Assembly (NCBI GenBank): GCA_963664325.2
Contig: CAXXDQ010000007.1
Coordinates: forward strand, 960,001-1,024,000
Direction of reading: 5' to 3'
From: Desulfomonilia bacterium
GTDB lineage: Bacteria; Desulfobacterota; Desulfomonilia; UBA1062
DNA: 64,000 nt
Part shown: piece after piece, positions 50,219 to 59,777 of the stretch
Layout of the letters: every line of letters begins with the position of its first letter
Numbering within the stretch: position 1 is the stretch's first letter
Position numbers and translations under genes: made by a program
Notes under the pieces: model-generated
The model's input: only the letters and a program-made list of their open reading frames with translations
The model's database searches: none
What the model was told of the DNA's origin: nothing

Positions 50219-50989
50219 CTACCCCAGGCATGCGGGACAAACGCCTATGCATTTGAAGCAGTGGTATTCGAAGCCTATGAAATTCGCCTGATAAAGGCTC
50301 AGGATAGCCGGGTCTTTTAAAAGCGCCTTTTTACCCTCAAGGTCCGCCTTGATGAAATTCCTCAAATAGCCTATCAGTCCTCCGATTCCGTTGGGCTGAG
50401 AGACCTTCAGACACTTGAACATGTCGGTTTTGCCCTCCTCGTCAAGGGCCCGGCCTGGGCAAGATTCTACGCACAGGCCGCAACCATTGCACAGGTCATC
50501 CGTTACGCGCTCATCCGATTCAAGCGGCAGAGAGGTAAGTACGGCGGTAAATATAATGCGGCTGCCGAACCTGGGATTGATGACCAGATTGTGCCTTCCG
50601 AAAACTCCCAGCCCGGCTGCGACGGCCGCGTGCCTCAGCGAGATGTCGCCCGTAAGCCCCATGACCGGCGGCTTCATATCAAGTGGATATGACGGAGCAA
50701 CAGGAGCCGCCTTTGTCCTGAAAGCATCTTCAACAAAGCGCGAGATGAGATAGCTGTTTTTTCTCATCAAATCCATCATGCCCAGGCGCGCAGCCATGCT
50801 TGTTCGGTTGTTCGGGCTTTCGATGGCCCCGTCAATCTCCCTGTAGCCGGTCACGATAATCGATCTGACGCCGGGTAAAATCGCATCCGGCGCCATCGCC
50901 CCTTTCAGCTCATAATCGCCGACCGAGGCAAACCCCACGACATCGGCCCCGAGACCCAGGCAGAAACTGCTGATTTTTTCTTTCTCCAT
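50219..50989 (-). CDS. Epoxyqueuosine reductase (QueG)/reductive dehalogenase-like Fe-S protein
   Basis: LGADVVGFA, SLRHAAVAAGLG, NPRFGSR, CNGCGLCVESCP, CFKCIGVCP. Confidence 0.82.
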   Translation of the reverse strand: MEKEKISSFCLGLGADVVGFASVGDYELKGAMAPDAILPGVRSIIVTGYREIDGAIESPNNRTSMAARLGMMDLMRKNSYLISRFVEDAFRTKAAPVAPSYPLDMKPPVMGLTGDISLRHAAVAAGLGVFGRHNLVINPRFGSRIIFTAVLTSLPLESDERVTDDLCNGCGLCVESCPGRALDEEGKTDMFKCLKVSQPNGIGGLIGYLRNFIKADLEGKKALLKDPAILSLYQANFIGFEYHCFKCIGVCPACLG

Positions 50990-51018
50990 ATCATCTCCTT
51001 TTCCCTTCCGGTAATAAT

Positions 51019-51036
51019 ATATACCGGACGGTATAT
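51019..51036. promoter_or_regulatory. TetR operator 1
   Basis: ATATACCG-ga-CGGTATAT palindrome upstream of the QueG-like gene. Confidence 0.75.
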
Positions 51037-51052
51037 TTTAATCGAAAAAAAT

Positions 51053-51646
51053 TTATTCCCTCAGTTCGTCTATAATTTTTGATTTAAGAATGGATACGTT
51101 TCTATCAAGATGAGACCTGTCACCCGTGACTTTCGAGAGCATGATGCCGCCTTCGATAAGAGAGACGAAAAAGGATGCAAAAATTTCGGGATCAACGCCT
51201 TTTCTGATCTCGCCATTTTTGACCCCCCTTTTCATGATATTTTTTATAGAGCCGGTCCAATTATCCAGCGACTTTACCACGACGTCCCGTAACGGAAGAT
51301 CGCTGTTGTCAGAGTCGACAGCGGCATTCAGGATAGGACATCCGCCGGACTGCGAAAGCCTGTCAAAGGCATTGGAATAGTATTCGGCCATGGCGATGAG
51401 CTTATCGCATGAATCGGATTTCTGAGAGACTTTTACAGCTATTTCTTCGGCAATCCTTCTGATGTTGTATTTAAGTGCCGCAACAGCTATGTCGTCCTTG
51501 TTCCTGAAATTGCCGTACAGGGCTCCTTTGGTAAGTCCGACTGCCTCGGTCAGGTCAGACAGGGAGGTCCCTTCATAGCCATGCTTGTTGAAAAGCGGAG
51601 CCACTTTTTCTATTATTATCCTTTTCGTTTCTTCGGACTTTTTCAT
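51053..51646 (-). CDS. TetR/AcrR family regulator
   Basis: LFNKHGYEGTSLSDLTEAVGLTKGALYGNF HTH; GGCP motif. Confidence 0.94.
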   Translation of the reverse strand: MKKSEETKRIIIEKVAPLFNKHGYEGTSLSDLTEAVGLTKGALYGNFRNKDDIAVAALKYNIRRIAEEIAVKVSQKSDSCDKLIAMAEYYSNAFDRLSQSGGCPILNAAVDSDNSDLPLRDVVVKSLDNWTGSIKNIMKRGVKNGEIRKGVDPEIFASFFVSLIEGGIMLSKVTGDRSHLDRNVSILKSKIIDELRE

Positions 51647-51659
51647 TTGAGTTCTATAT

Positions 51660-51675
51660 TATACCGTTCGGTATA
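51660..51675. promoter_or_regulatory. TetR operator 2, next to a TTGACA -35 box
   Basis: TATACCG-tt-CGGTATA, same motif as operator 1. Confidence 0.75.
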
Positions 51676-51740
51676 TTTGTCAACATCCAAAATATACATA
51701 TCAGGTTCTCTTTAAGGGATAGCCGAAAACTATTTAACGC

Positions 51741-52688
51741 TTATCGCAGTATTCTGTCTTTCAGGCTTGCAAGGTAAGGCATGTCAACACCCAGGTCTAA
51801 GCCGGTTTCAAAAACAATCCGATAAACGTCTTTCATCTCTTCGGGATGTGTATCCAGATGACTGTGTTTTCTTGTACGCTCATAATGGGGGGAACTCAAA
51901 ATCCCCTGTCTCAGAACCTGCGCCGCCTCTTCATCGTTTTCCATCATAAAGACCCTGACATCAGGGTATTTGCGGTAGTCCACTCCACGCTTTTCAAGCA
52001 CCTTCAGAGCATCCTTTACCGCCCTGAGGGTAAATATCCATTCGTCAAGAGGTGTCTGAGATCCAGGCATTCTTCCTTCAGCAAGCGCCTCACCCATTAT
52101 ACCGGCAACGATGGCCATATGGACCCAGAGCCATTCTATGATATTCTCCTTGATTTCAGGCATGATCCCGGCCTTCGAAAATGTCTCGATTACTTTTTGC
52201 AGCAGTTCCTCCGGACTTCCGGGAAGAGCGCCTATTCTGAATATTTTTTGAATATTGGCATACAGGGTTCCGTCATTGCCGTTTGCGCCGCTGAATACGG
52301 AGTAGCCCCAGAGATAGCGGTCCCTGGGCAGCAGCGCGTCTATCTCTGCGGGACCGCTCCAGTTGGCGCAGAATATCAGAAAATCCGACGTCGGCAGGGC
52401 GTCTTTATACTGTCTTACGGCCTCTACAGCCTGCAAATGATTTGTCGCCACGATCACAAGGTCATAATCGTCTGAAGGAGTAACTGTATCGACAACCTTC
52501 GGTCTGTAAACAGCCGGATAGCAGTCCGGAGAGCCCTTTCGCATATCCATTACATCCATCCGGATGTCGCCAGAATGTTTCGCAAGGGAGCCTTTTCTTA
52601 CAACATGAGTAATGTCGACACCGCCATCGGATAAAACCCATCCGTGCATAAGCCCGACATTTCCCATTCCGATTATAAGAACCTTCAT
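51741..52688 (-). CDS. Ketopantoate reductase (PanE/ApbA) family protein
   Basis: IIGMGNVG Rossmann motif, YDLVIVAT, WLWVH. Confidence 0.75.
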   Translation of the reverse strand: MKVLIIGMGNVGLMHGWVLSDGGVDITHVVRKGSLAKHSGDIRMDVMDMRKGSPDCYPAVYRPKVVDTVTPSDDYDLVIVATNHLQAVEAVRQYKDALPTSDFLIFCANWSGPAEIDALLPRDRYLWGYSVFSGANGNDGTLYANIQKIFRIGALPGSPEELLQKVIETFSKAGIMPEIKENIIEWLWVHMAIVAGIMGEALAEGRMPGSQTPLDEWIFTLRAVKDALKVLEKRGVDYRKYPDVRVFMMENDEEAAQVLRQGILSSPHYERTRKHSHLDTHPEEMKDVYRIVFETGLDLGVDMPYLASLKDRILR

Positions 52689-52907
52689 GAATGCCCTCCT
52701 GTATTCGTTGAATCGTTAGATCCTTAATCGGTAAGCAGCAGGCAACCCTTTAAAAAGTATAATATCGGAATCAGTCTCCAACATTCTTCAGAGATGTATT
52801 AACACAATAAATATGGCTTCACGGCTTAATGGGGTTACTGACAAACAACTGCACTTATGATATTCAGGACCAATGAATACAAATTTTCTTATCAAAAGCG
52901 GCTTCTT

Positions 52908-53471
52908 ATGGATGATCTGAAAAGAGAAAAAACAAAAGGCCTGAGCCGCTGGTATCTCAAGGATGTCCTGTTAAAGCGCCGGATTATCGGAAAAGCGCAC
53001 CACACCCCGGGTTTTGGTTTTGCCGCCCTGATTTTTTCCGTGATGAGCAGACTTATCATGGAAAAACTGGGTAAAGCTGAAGGAGAGGAGCTGATCGCCA
53101 GGGCGGTCAGGACCTTCGGACTTGAAAGAGGAAAGCGTATCGCCTCTGTCGTTGCCGGCCTTGGCAAGCCTCTCAGCTTTAAAAACTGGCTCATCTATAC
53201 CGACATTGAAAGCTCTAATTTTGAAGCCTCCCCTTCGATTGACAGGGATGACCTTGTAGCCGAAGTCCACAATTGCAGCTTCATGGCTGCGGCCAAAAAA
53301 TGGGGGCTCGAAGATTACGCATCGCTTTACTGCAAATATGCCGACTATGCCATATTGGAAGGATACAACCCGGATATCAGACTCAAGCTTGAAACAAGAC
53401 ATGAAACAGGCAGGGACTACTGCCTGTTCAGATACATCATGAAGGAATCAAATAAGCAGAACTTGCAGTAG
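52908..53471 (+). CDS. L-2-amino-thiazoline-4-carboxylic acid hydrolase-like (4VR) protein
   Basis: AVRTFGLERGKR, C-x-F..W, YCKYAD..I..GYNP, C.F pattern. Confidence 0.7.
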   Translation: MDDLKREKTKGLSRWYLKDVLLKRRIIGKAHHTPGFGFAALIFSVMSRLIMEKLGKAEGEELIARAVRTFGLERGKRIASVVAGLGKPLSFKNWLIYTDIESSNFEASPSIDRDDLVAEVHNCSFMAAAKKWGLEDYASLYCKYADYAILEGYNPDIRLKLETRHETGRDYCLFRYIMKESNKQNLQ

Positions 53472-53524
53472 AAGTATAGGCCGATATCCCATTCTGCACG
53501 CACCTGATGATGAAGGAGGTTACC

Positions 53525-54178
53525 ATGACAGCTGCATCCGAACTTGCAATCAAGGGACTCAGAGATCTTTCGAGTCTTCAATGGTATGTCATCCCGCTGC
53601 TTGCAATTGTTTTTTACATCTACACCTTTGAAATAAAGAAGGCCCGTGAATCGGGAAACTGGGATGCCGTTTTTGCAGGCCTGACGCTTTTCGGCACGGA
53701 CTTTTTCTTCGAAACCATAAACGGCTGGATTTTCCACTTCACGCAACACGCAGCCTTGTGGACCACCCCGGGGGTCACTGCATTGCGTACGACTGTCGGA
53801 TGGAATATCGAGATCATGTTCATGTTCTCCATTGCAGGGATCATCTATTACAACACGCTGTCCCGTGACAGGCATGCCAAAATTCTGGGTATTCCGAACC
53901 GCCTGTTCTGGGCCATCTGCTATGCGGCCTTTTGCGTGTTCGTAGAATGCCTGCTTAACAAAGGCGGGCATCTGGTGTGGGAATATTCCTTCTGGAAGCT
54001 TACTCCTCTGGGGGTATTGCCCATCTTTTTTGCGGCCTACTTTCCTCTCTTTCTGAGCCCCATGCTGGTTATCGGTTTGAACAGCAACAGAGCCAAGGTG
54101 AAAGCCGTTGCGGCAATATACGCAATTGCTATTGTTATGAATATTCTGGCTTTCGGTTTTATGGGCTGGAGCTATTAA
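53525..54178 (+). CDS. Integral membrane protein of unknown function
   Basis: AAGGAGG RBS; multiple TM segments; GWNIEIMFMF motif. Confidence 0.8.
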   Translation: MTAASELAIKGLRDLSSLQWYVIPLLAIVFYIYTFEIKKARESGNWDAVFAGLTLFGTDFFFETINGWIFHFTQHAALWTTPGVTALRTTVGWNIEIMFMFSIAGIIYYNTLSRDRHAKILGIPNRLFWAICYAAFCVFVECLLNKGGHLVWEYSFWKLTPLGVLPIFFAAYFPLFLSPMLVIGLNSNRAKVKAVAAIYAIAIVMNILAFGFMGWSY

Positions 54179-54234
54179 GGATCACAAAACCAGCCGTAAG
54201 TGTAAGGGTCGGCTTAATCTCCTGTTCAGGCCGA

Positions 54235-54924
54235 TCAGGTTTCCGGGTTTCCGATAAGCCGGTAAATCAGCGCACCAAGGAGGGCGCCTGCGATTGGGGC
54301 CACCCAGAAAAGCCATAGCTGAGAAACAGCCCAACCTCCGGCAAACAAGGCAACTCCGGTGCTGCGGGCGGGATTTACCGAGGTGTTGGTCACAGGAATG
54401 CTGATCAGGTGAATCAGAGTAAGACCCAGGCCGATTGCGATGGGCGCGAAACCCTGGGGTGCACGCTTGTCTGTTGAACCGAGGATAATCAGCAAAAACA
54501 TCATTGTCATAACCACTTCAGTTATCAGTGCGGCCAGCAGGGAATACCCGCCAGGCGAATGATCGCCATAACCGTTTGAAGCAAAGCCCGCGGATACATC
54601 AAATCCGGCCTTGCCGCTTGCAATGAGATAGAGGACTCCTCCAGCGACAATCGCACCCAGAACCTGCGCCACTATGTAAGGTACAAGATCTTTCGCGGGG
54701 AAACGGCCACCGGCCCAGAGCCCTACAGAAACAGCCGGATTGAGGTGACAGCCGGATATGTGCCCGATGGCAAAGGCCATCGTCATTACGGTCAGACCAA
54801 AAGCCAGCGCAACGCCGAGCAGGCCGATGCCCACGTTAGGAAATGCGGCGGCCAGCACGGCGCTGCCGCACCCGCCAAGAACCAGCCAGAAAGTACCGAT
54901 AAATTCTGCACCGTATTTTTTCAT
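54235..54924 (-). CDS. aqpZ: Aquaporin Z
   Basis: [42 protein letters not shown]. Confidence 0.98.
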   Translation of the reverse strand: MKKYGAEFIGTFWLVLGGCGSAVLAAAFPNVGIGLLGVALAFGLTVMTMAFAIGHISGCHLNPAVSVGLWAGGRFPAKDLVPYIVAQVLGAIVAGGVLYLIASGKAGFDVSAGFASNGYGDHSPGGYSLLAALITEVVMTMMFLLIILGSTDKRAPQGFAPIAIGLGLTLIHLISIPVTNTSVNPARSTGVALFAGGWAVSQLWLFWVAPIAGALLGALIYRLIGNPET

Positions 54925-55286
54925 GCTCCCCTCCTTTACGTTAATGGTGTAACACCCTTCAATTGATTATACTGCATGCGCTATATTTTAGAAAGCCCTG
55001 GATAAACGGCAGGGTCATTCCTTTACTATTCCGTATAATTAGTAACTCCATGACTGGAAATGTGATAAAATGCCCTTGTTGACAAGGAATCCGCTAAAGT
55101 ACTAAAGGATACCCCATTGTGAGCGGTTGTCATTCGGGCTGGATTCATTTTTGTTCCAATTTTTATTATATGCTTTTCTTTCCGGTTGAATACTTCACTT
55201 ATCATTGAACGGCCTGGGAATGCAGACTAATTCACAAATAGAACACGAATACAAAACGATCGTCATGAGAGACAGGAGGCACAGGA

Positions 55287-57182
55287 ATGGATAAGCATAT
55301 TGGGCAGGTATGGAAGAATCGTTTTTTCAATTTGTTCACAGTACTTTGTTTGTTGCTGACACCGATACTGCCGGGATGTGGTAGCGGTGGCGGTGGCGGC
55401 GGTGGAGACGGCACAGGCTCAGCTGAAGAAGGAACCGGCGAGGTGGCTATCAGCCTTACCGACGCACCTTCGGACTTCGCCAGCTATACGGTGGATGTAG
55501 TCTCGATAAGTCTGAAGAAGTTAAGCGGTGCCGAGGTTGAAACACTGCCGCTTACCCAGCGGGTAGATTTCAGCCAGTATGCGGAGATGACCGAGTTTGT
55601 AACGTCCTGCACCATCCCTTCCGGGGTATATACCGAGGTAGCCCTTACACTGGATTATTCCAATGCCGATATCAGGGTGGAGGACAATGCAGGGATAATC
55701 AAGCAGATTTCACAAGGGAATCTCATCATCCTGGATGATGAGGACAATCCCGTCACCGACAAAACCCGTGTCAGGGTATCCGTAAACCTGGGCACGCCGG
55801 CTCTCACCATCCTCCCCGGTGTGGCCGCACATCTTGCCCTGGACTTCAACCTAAAGGCCACCAACTCCGTGGATCTCAGCGGCAGCGCCCCGGTCTTGAC
55901 CGTGAGCCCCATGTTGCTGGCCGACCTTGAACTCCAGGCCAAAACCCTCCGCGTGCGGGGTACGCTGGCTGATGTTCATCTCGCGGATGCCAAACAAGCT
56001 GACAACTTTTATGTCCTGATCAAGCCGTTCATCTACGCCATCCTCGGAGACCAGTACTATTTCGGAAAGCTCATGGTTAGCCCGGACGACAACACGGTGT
56101 ATGTGTTCGATGACGGGCAGAAAACAGGAAGCGTAGGCCTTTCCCAACTGGCTAGCATGCCTGCCAATACCCCGGTATTGGCGCTGGGCAGCTTCGCTGC
56201 AGGCCCCAACCGGCTGGAGGCAGAGGAAGTGTATGTGGGTTCGAGAGTTCCCGGGTTGGACACGGATGTCGTAAACGGCAGTGTTATTGCCCGCAGTGGG
56301 GATACCCTCACCATAACAGGAGCGAGCCTGGTGAATTCGTCCGGTCAGCTCAAGTTCTGCAAAACTGCGGTGGTAACACTGAATGGAAACACCCAGGTCA
56401 GCCGGCAGTTCACCAAAGATACATTTTCAAAAGACGACATATCCGTTGGACAGCACATTGTGGTCTTTGGAAATAATGCGGTCTTCAATGAATCTACCGA
56501 ACAGCTCTTTATGACAGCATCCGCTGCACGCATGCTCGTCACACATCTACGGGGCACGGTGAAAAGCGTATCCAGCAGCACCATCGTGGTTAATCTAAGC
56601 GCCATTGACGGCAGGAAACCCTCGGTCTTTAATTTTACCGGCACAGGGGCAGATCCCGCCAATTATAAAATCGACAGGACAGGGCTTACTCTTTCTAAAA
56701 TCGCCACGAACACGCGCGTCAAGGTATGGGGCTTTGTCAATCAATTCGGGCCCTCAACTACTCCTGATTTCAATGCCCGGACAGTCATCGACATCTCCAC
56801 CATGCTCGGCCTGATGCAGGTCAATTGGAATCCGGCTTATAATGGGGCCTTCAGCATATCGAACCAGAGCCTGGTCCTGAACTTCAATGAAGACCTCGGA
56901 CGGTTCCATTTCCTGCTCCGTGATGGCATGGTCGATGACCTCGTGACGGATTTTGGTTCTCAGCAGGTTGTCATTAAAGACGGCAAGGGCCTCTTCTTGA
57001 TCGCACAAGGCCTTTTCTTCTGGCCCTATATAGATTTCGGCAATTATGTTAACGAGCTTGATAATTACCAGTATAAAGGCGCGAAGGTGCGCGGCATCAC
57101 TGCAATAGGAACGTTCGATGATGATACAGCCACCATGACGCCTGGCTACCAGGTCGTTCGCTTCCAGGGCGTTTTGTTTTAG
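55287..57182 (+). CDS. DUF4382-like beta-rich lipoprotein
   Basis: LPGC lipobox, poly-Gly linker, ISLTDAP and LDFNL motifs. Confidence 0.78.
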   Translation: MDKHIGQVWKNRFFNLFTVLCLLLTPILPGCGSGGGGGGGDGTGSAEEGTGEVAISLTDAPSDFASYTVDVVSISLKKLSGAEVETLPLTQRVDFSQYAEMTEFVTSCTIPSGVYTEVALTLDYSNADIRVEDNAGIIKQISQGNLIILDDEDNPVTDKTRVRVSVNLGTPALTILPGVAAHLALDFNLKATNSVDLSGSAPVLTVSPMLLADLELQAKTLRVRGTLADVHLADAKQADNFYVLIKPFIYAILGDQYYFGKLMVSPDDNTVYVFDDGQKTGSVGLSQLASMPANTPVLALGSFAAGPNRLEAEEVYVGSRVPGLDTDVVNGSVIARSGDTLTITGASLVNSSGQLKFCKTAVVTLNGNTQVSRQFTKDTFSKDDISVGQHIVVFGNNAVFNESTEQLFMTASAARMLVTHLRGTVKSVSSSTIVVNLSAIDGRKPSVFNFTGTGADPANYKIDRTGLTLSKIATNTRVKVWGFVNQFGPSTTPDFNARTVIDISTMLGLMQVNWNPAYNGAFSISNQSLVLNFNEDLGRFHFLLRDGMVDDLVTDFGSQQVVIKDGKGLFLIAQGLFFWPYIDFGNYVNELDNYQYKGAKVRGITAIGTFDDDTATMTPGYQVVRFQGVLF

Positions 57183-57190
57183 GATCCAAT

Positions 57191-57219
57191 CCGGGACGGC
57201 GGGCATGTCGCCGTCCCGG
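57191..57219. terminator. Hairpin between convergent genes
   Basis: CCGGGACGGCG-ggcatgt-CGCCGTCCCGG. Confidence 0.65.
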
Positions 57220-57245
57220 CCTTGATGGTATTTCGTATGGAATTA

Positions 57246-58826
57246 TTACTTTACAAACGGGATTTTCAGCACGGGCCTGTCATCATAATGGAACCTGACC
57301 GTGTAAGCAGGCCTGTCAGGAAATCCGCAGCGTCTTTCATAGGTATCGAAGACAACGGCCAGTCTGTGGTTTTTCTTGAGCCGCCACGCAATGGCATGGA
57401 AGTCAAAGGACAGCCTCTTCCTCTCGCCGGGATTTACATTCCAGAGAGTCCATGCGCTGTGGCTGATAAGTTCGCCGTAGCCGAGCGGGTTTACATCGTA
57501 GAGGTGGGCAATCACCTGTGCATCCTTCTGCGATGGAGTGACGCTCAGGTCAAGAACCGGGATGCCTGCAATAATGCCCTCGCTTGCTGACGGGGCCGAA
57601 ATATGAGTCAAGGCATAATCCTTATCGAGCAGAAAAATATTCAGCCCGGTATCGACATTGAGCATCTGGGAAACGGTATCGTCCGGCCCGAAGGATGCCA
57701 TTGAACCCTTGCCGCTCTTAATTTCCCGGAAAAACAGGGTGAATTCGGGCGAGCTGTCAAGGCTGCCCCGGCCGGTGGCAGAGCTTTTCAGTCTGTCCAG
57801 GTTGAGATAATAGTTCCGGTATTTTATCTGTTCGGTCGGCCATGATGAAAAATAAAGCCTCGTCTTTTCGTCCTTGAGCCCGAAGCTTACCGGTGTTTTG
57901 GTGAGCCTGTCCGAAATGCCCGCGTCAATGCCTTTGAGGTAATAGTCGAACCATTTGTAAACCGTATCCCAGGTGACCTCCGGCATGTCCAGGCAGCCGT
58001 ATCCCACCGGAAAGGCGTGCATGCCGTCATTCATGTCGATTACCTTGTCAGGAACATCAAGCAGCGAGTAAAAATCCATAACGCTGTTCGGAGAAAAAAG
58101 CGGGTCGGCATAATAGTTGGAGATATAAACGCTCAGCCTGCCGTTGGTCCTGGCATAAGCATCCAGAAGCCTGAATGGGGAGATGTCATCAAGCCATTTA
58201 AGGATCTCGGAAACATTGCGGCCCTGCTCCAGGTCATTGACCCTGTCGCTGATCATGTTTGAATCTCCGCCTGTCTGGGTCGAGGCCCAGGATTTGTTGG
58301 GCGTATCCTGGGGGAACAAGGCGTCATGCATTATCGCCGTGCCGCTCATTGCAGCGACCGCCTTTATGCGTGTATCGAATATTCCGGCCTCCAGCGACCG
58401 GCAGGCGCCCATTGAAATGCCGGCCATGCCGATATTTTTGACATCAACGGGATAATTTTTAATCACGAAATCAATGATGGTTGAGACGTCTTTCAGGTCA
58501 TTTTCCTCACCGACATTGATCTTGCCGGTCGAGCCGAACCATCCTCTTGCCGAATATGAAACTGCTATGTAACCTTCGGCAGCCATTTTTCTGGCAGGGA
58601 AAAGGTACTCTATCTTCGGCAGTCCCCAGCTTGGCGAGAAAACGACAAGAGGCAGGTTGATGCCGTACTGGGGGGCATAAACATCGCAATCGAGCTTGAA
58701 CCCGTCATAGGTGGTCACCCAATGCTGAGTCACCTTGATCGGGTATTTTGCGGCGTGCACGGGCGAAACCAGGGAAAGGACAATGATACAAAACAATGAC
58801 ATGATGAATATCTTCCTGATGCTCAT
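57246..58826 (-). CDS. Secreted CocE/NonD (peptidase S15) family hydrolase
   Basis: Signal peptide; YSARGWFGSTG, GISMG nucleophile elbow, C-terminal jelly-roll region. Confidence 0.85.
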   Translation of the reverse strand: MSIRKIFIMSLFCIIVLSLVSPVHAAKYPIKVTQHWVTTYDGFKLDCDVYAPQYGINLPLVVFSPSWGLPKIEYLFPARKMAAEGYIAVSYSARGWFGSTGKINVGEENDLKDVSTIIDFVIKNYPVDVKNIGMAGISMGACRSLEAGIFDTRIKAVAAMSGTAIMHDALFPQDTPNKSWASTQTGGDSNMISDRVNDLEQGRNVSEILKWLDDISPFRLLDAYARTNGRLSVYISNYYADPLFSPNSVMDFYSLLDVPDKVIDMNDGMHAFPVGYGCLDMPEVTWDTVYKWFDYYLKGIDAGISDRLTKTPVSFGLKDEKTRLYFSSWPTEQIKYRNYYLNLDRLKSSATGRGSLDSSPEFTLFFREIKSGKGSMASFGPDDTVSQMLNVDTGLNIFLLDKDYALTHISAPSASEGIIAGIPVLDLSVTPSQKDAQVIAHLYDVNPLGYGELISHSAWTLWNVNPGERKRLSFDFHAIAWRLKKNHRLAVVFDTYERRCGFPDRPAYTVRFHYDDRPVLKIPFVK

Positions 58827-59059
58827 AAAACCCCCTCATAAAAATATTAACGTAATGACATAATATAACCATTTAAACAACTGAAGTAAAGCAAAAGAGT
58901 CACAGCAAACAAAAGAGCTGTACTTTCCGGGTTTCAATGTCTTACAACGACCTGCTGCCCTTCGGATTATGGCTATCGGAGCGGTTTCTTACAGATATCC
59001 ATGGTCCAGTGTTCAGCTACGGGAAGCAAAGGTTTTGCGGACATATATTCAGGTCAGTC

Positions 59060-59163
59060 TGAGTTCCGGGAATGTCTTTTTACGTCAGGAATACTAACTT
59101 TTACAGAAAGGCTTGGAACTCGGGAAGAATGCCGGTTTTGTTTACATTGGACAATTTTTCCAT
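59060..59163 (-). pseudogene. Possible decayed N-terminus of an integron integrase
   Basis: MEKLSNVNKTGILPEFQAFL*KLVFLT*KDIP, divergent from and just upstream of the cassette array; similarity recalled, not computed. Confidence 0.35.
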
Positions 59164-59357
59164 GATATACCCGCCGGGCTTTTTGTCTTTATTACCTTTA
59201 AATACCCGCTGGTGAAAGTTTGATTCTTCTGATCTTATGACATATTTTTCTTTTCATTTCTTCGTTAAATACAGTACTATTTCACAAAATATTCCCAAAA
59301 AGGATTTAGGGTATATTAATTGTTGGGGTAAATACATAATAGAAAGGAAAGTAGAAT

Positions 59358-59696
59358 ATGAACGCTGGGAAAAAGGCTCTTATTAAATACTTGAAAAATA
59401 ATAAAGATAAGTTGGCAAATTATTTCAAAACAACAAAAGATTTGGAAAACTTTATAACCTTATTGGAAGGTGAATTAATAAATAAGAATATTAGAGTGAT
59501 TTATTTTACTGAATGTATGGCCGACATCAATGGTGGCCGCGCTGGAAAGCAATTTGAATATTGGTATGAGTCTCTTGAGAAGGCGAAGTCTGCGCCATTG
59601 CCAGAAGGTTGTGTATCCGGATGTATTTTTGCTGAAGAAGGTACTTATTATTTTAACAAACATAATGGATGGGAGTTCTACAAAAAAAAGATATAA
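59358..59696 (+). CDS. Cassette 1 hypothetical protein (AT-rich)
   Basis: 112-aa ORF with AAGGA RBS, ending 3 bp before attC. Confidence 0.8.
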   Translation: MNAGKKALIKYLKNNKDKLANYFKTTKDLENFITLLEGELINKNIRVIYFTECMADINGGRAGKQFEYWYESLEKAKSAPLPEGCVSGCIFAEEGTYYFNKHNGWEFYKKKI

Positions 59697-59699
59697 TAC

Positions 59700-59760
59700 C
59701 CCCAACCAGTCGCTAAAGCCGATCGCCGTTTCACGGCTCCGGCTTAGCTTTTCGTTAGTG
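59700..59760 (+). repeat. attC site 1 (61 bp)
   Basis: R'' CCCCAAC, L'' GCTAAAGCCG, L' CGGCTTAGC (one unpaired base), R' GTTAGTG. Confidence 0.88.
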
Positions 59761-59777
59761 CACAAGAGGTCGAAGCT

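Noticed and set aside
55380-55406. GGT/GGC repeat as a contingency locus
   Set aside because: In-frame poly-Gly linker after a lipobox with mixed codons; common in lipoproteins
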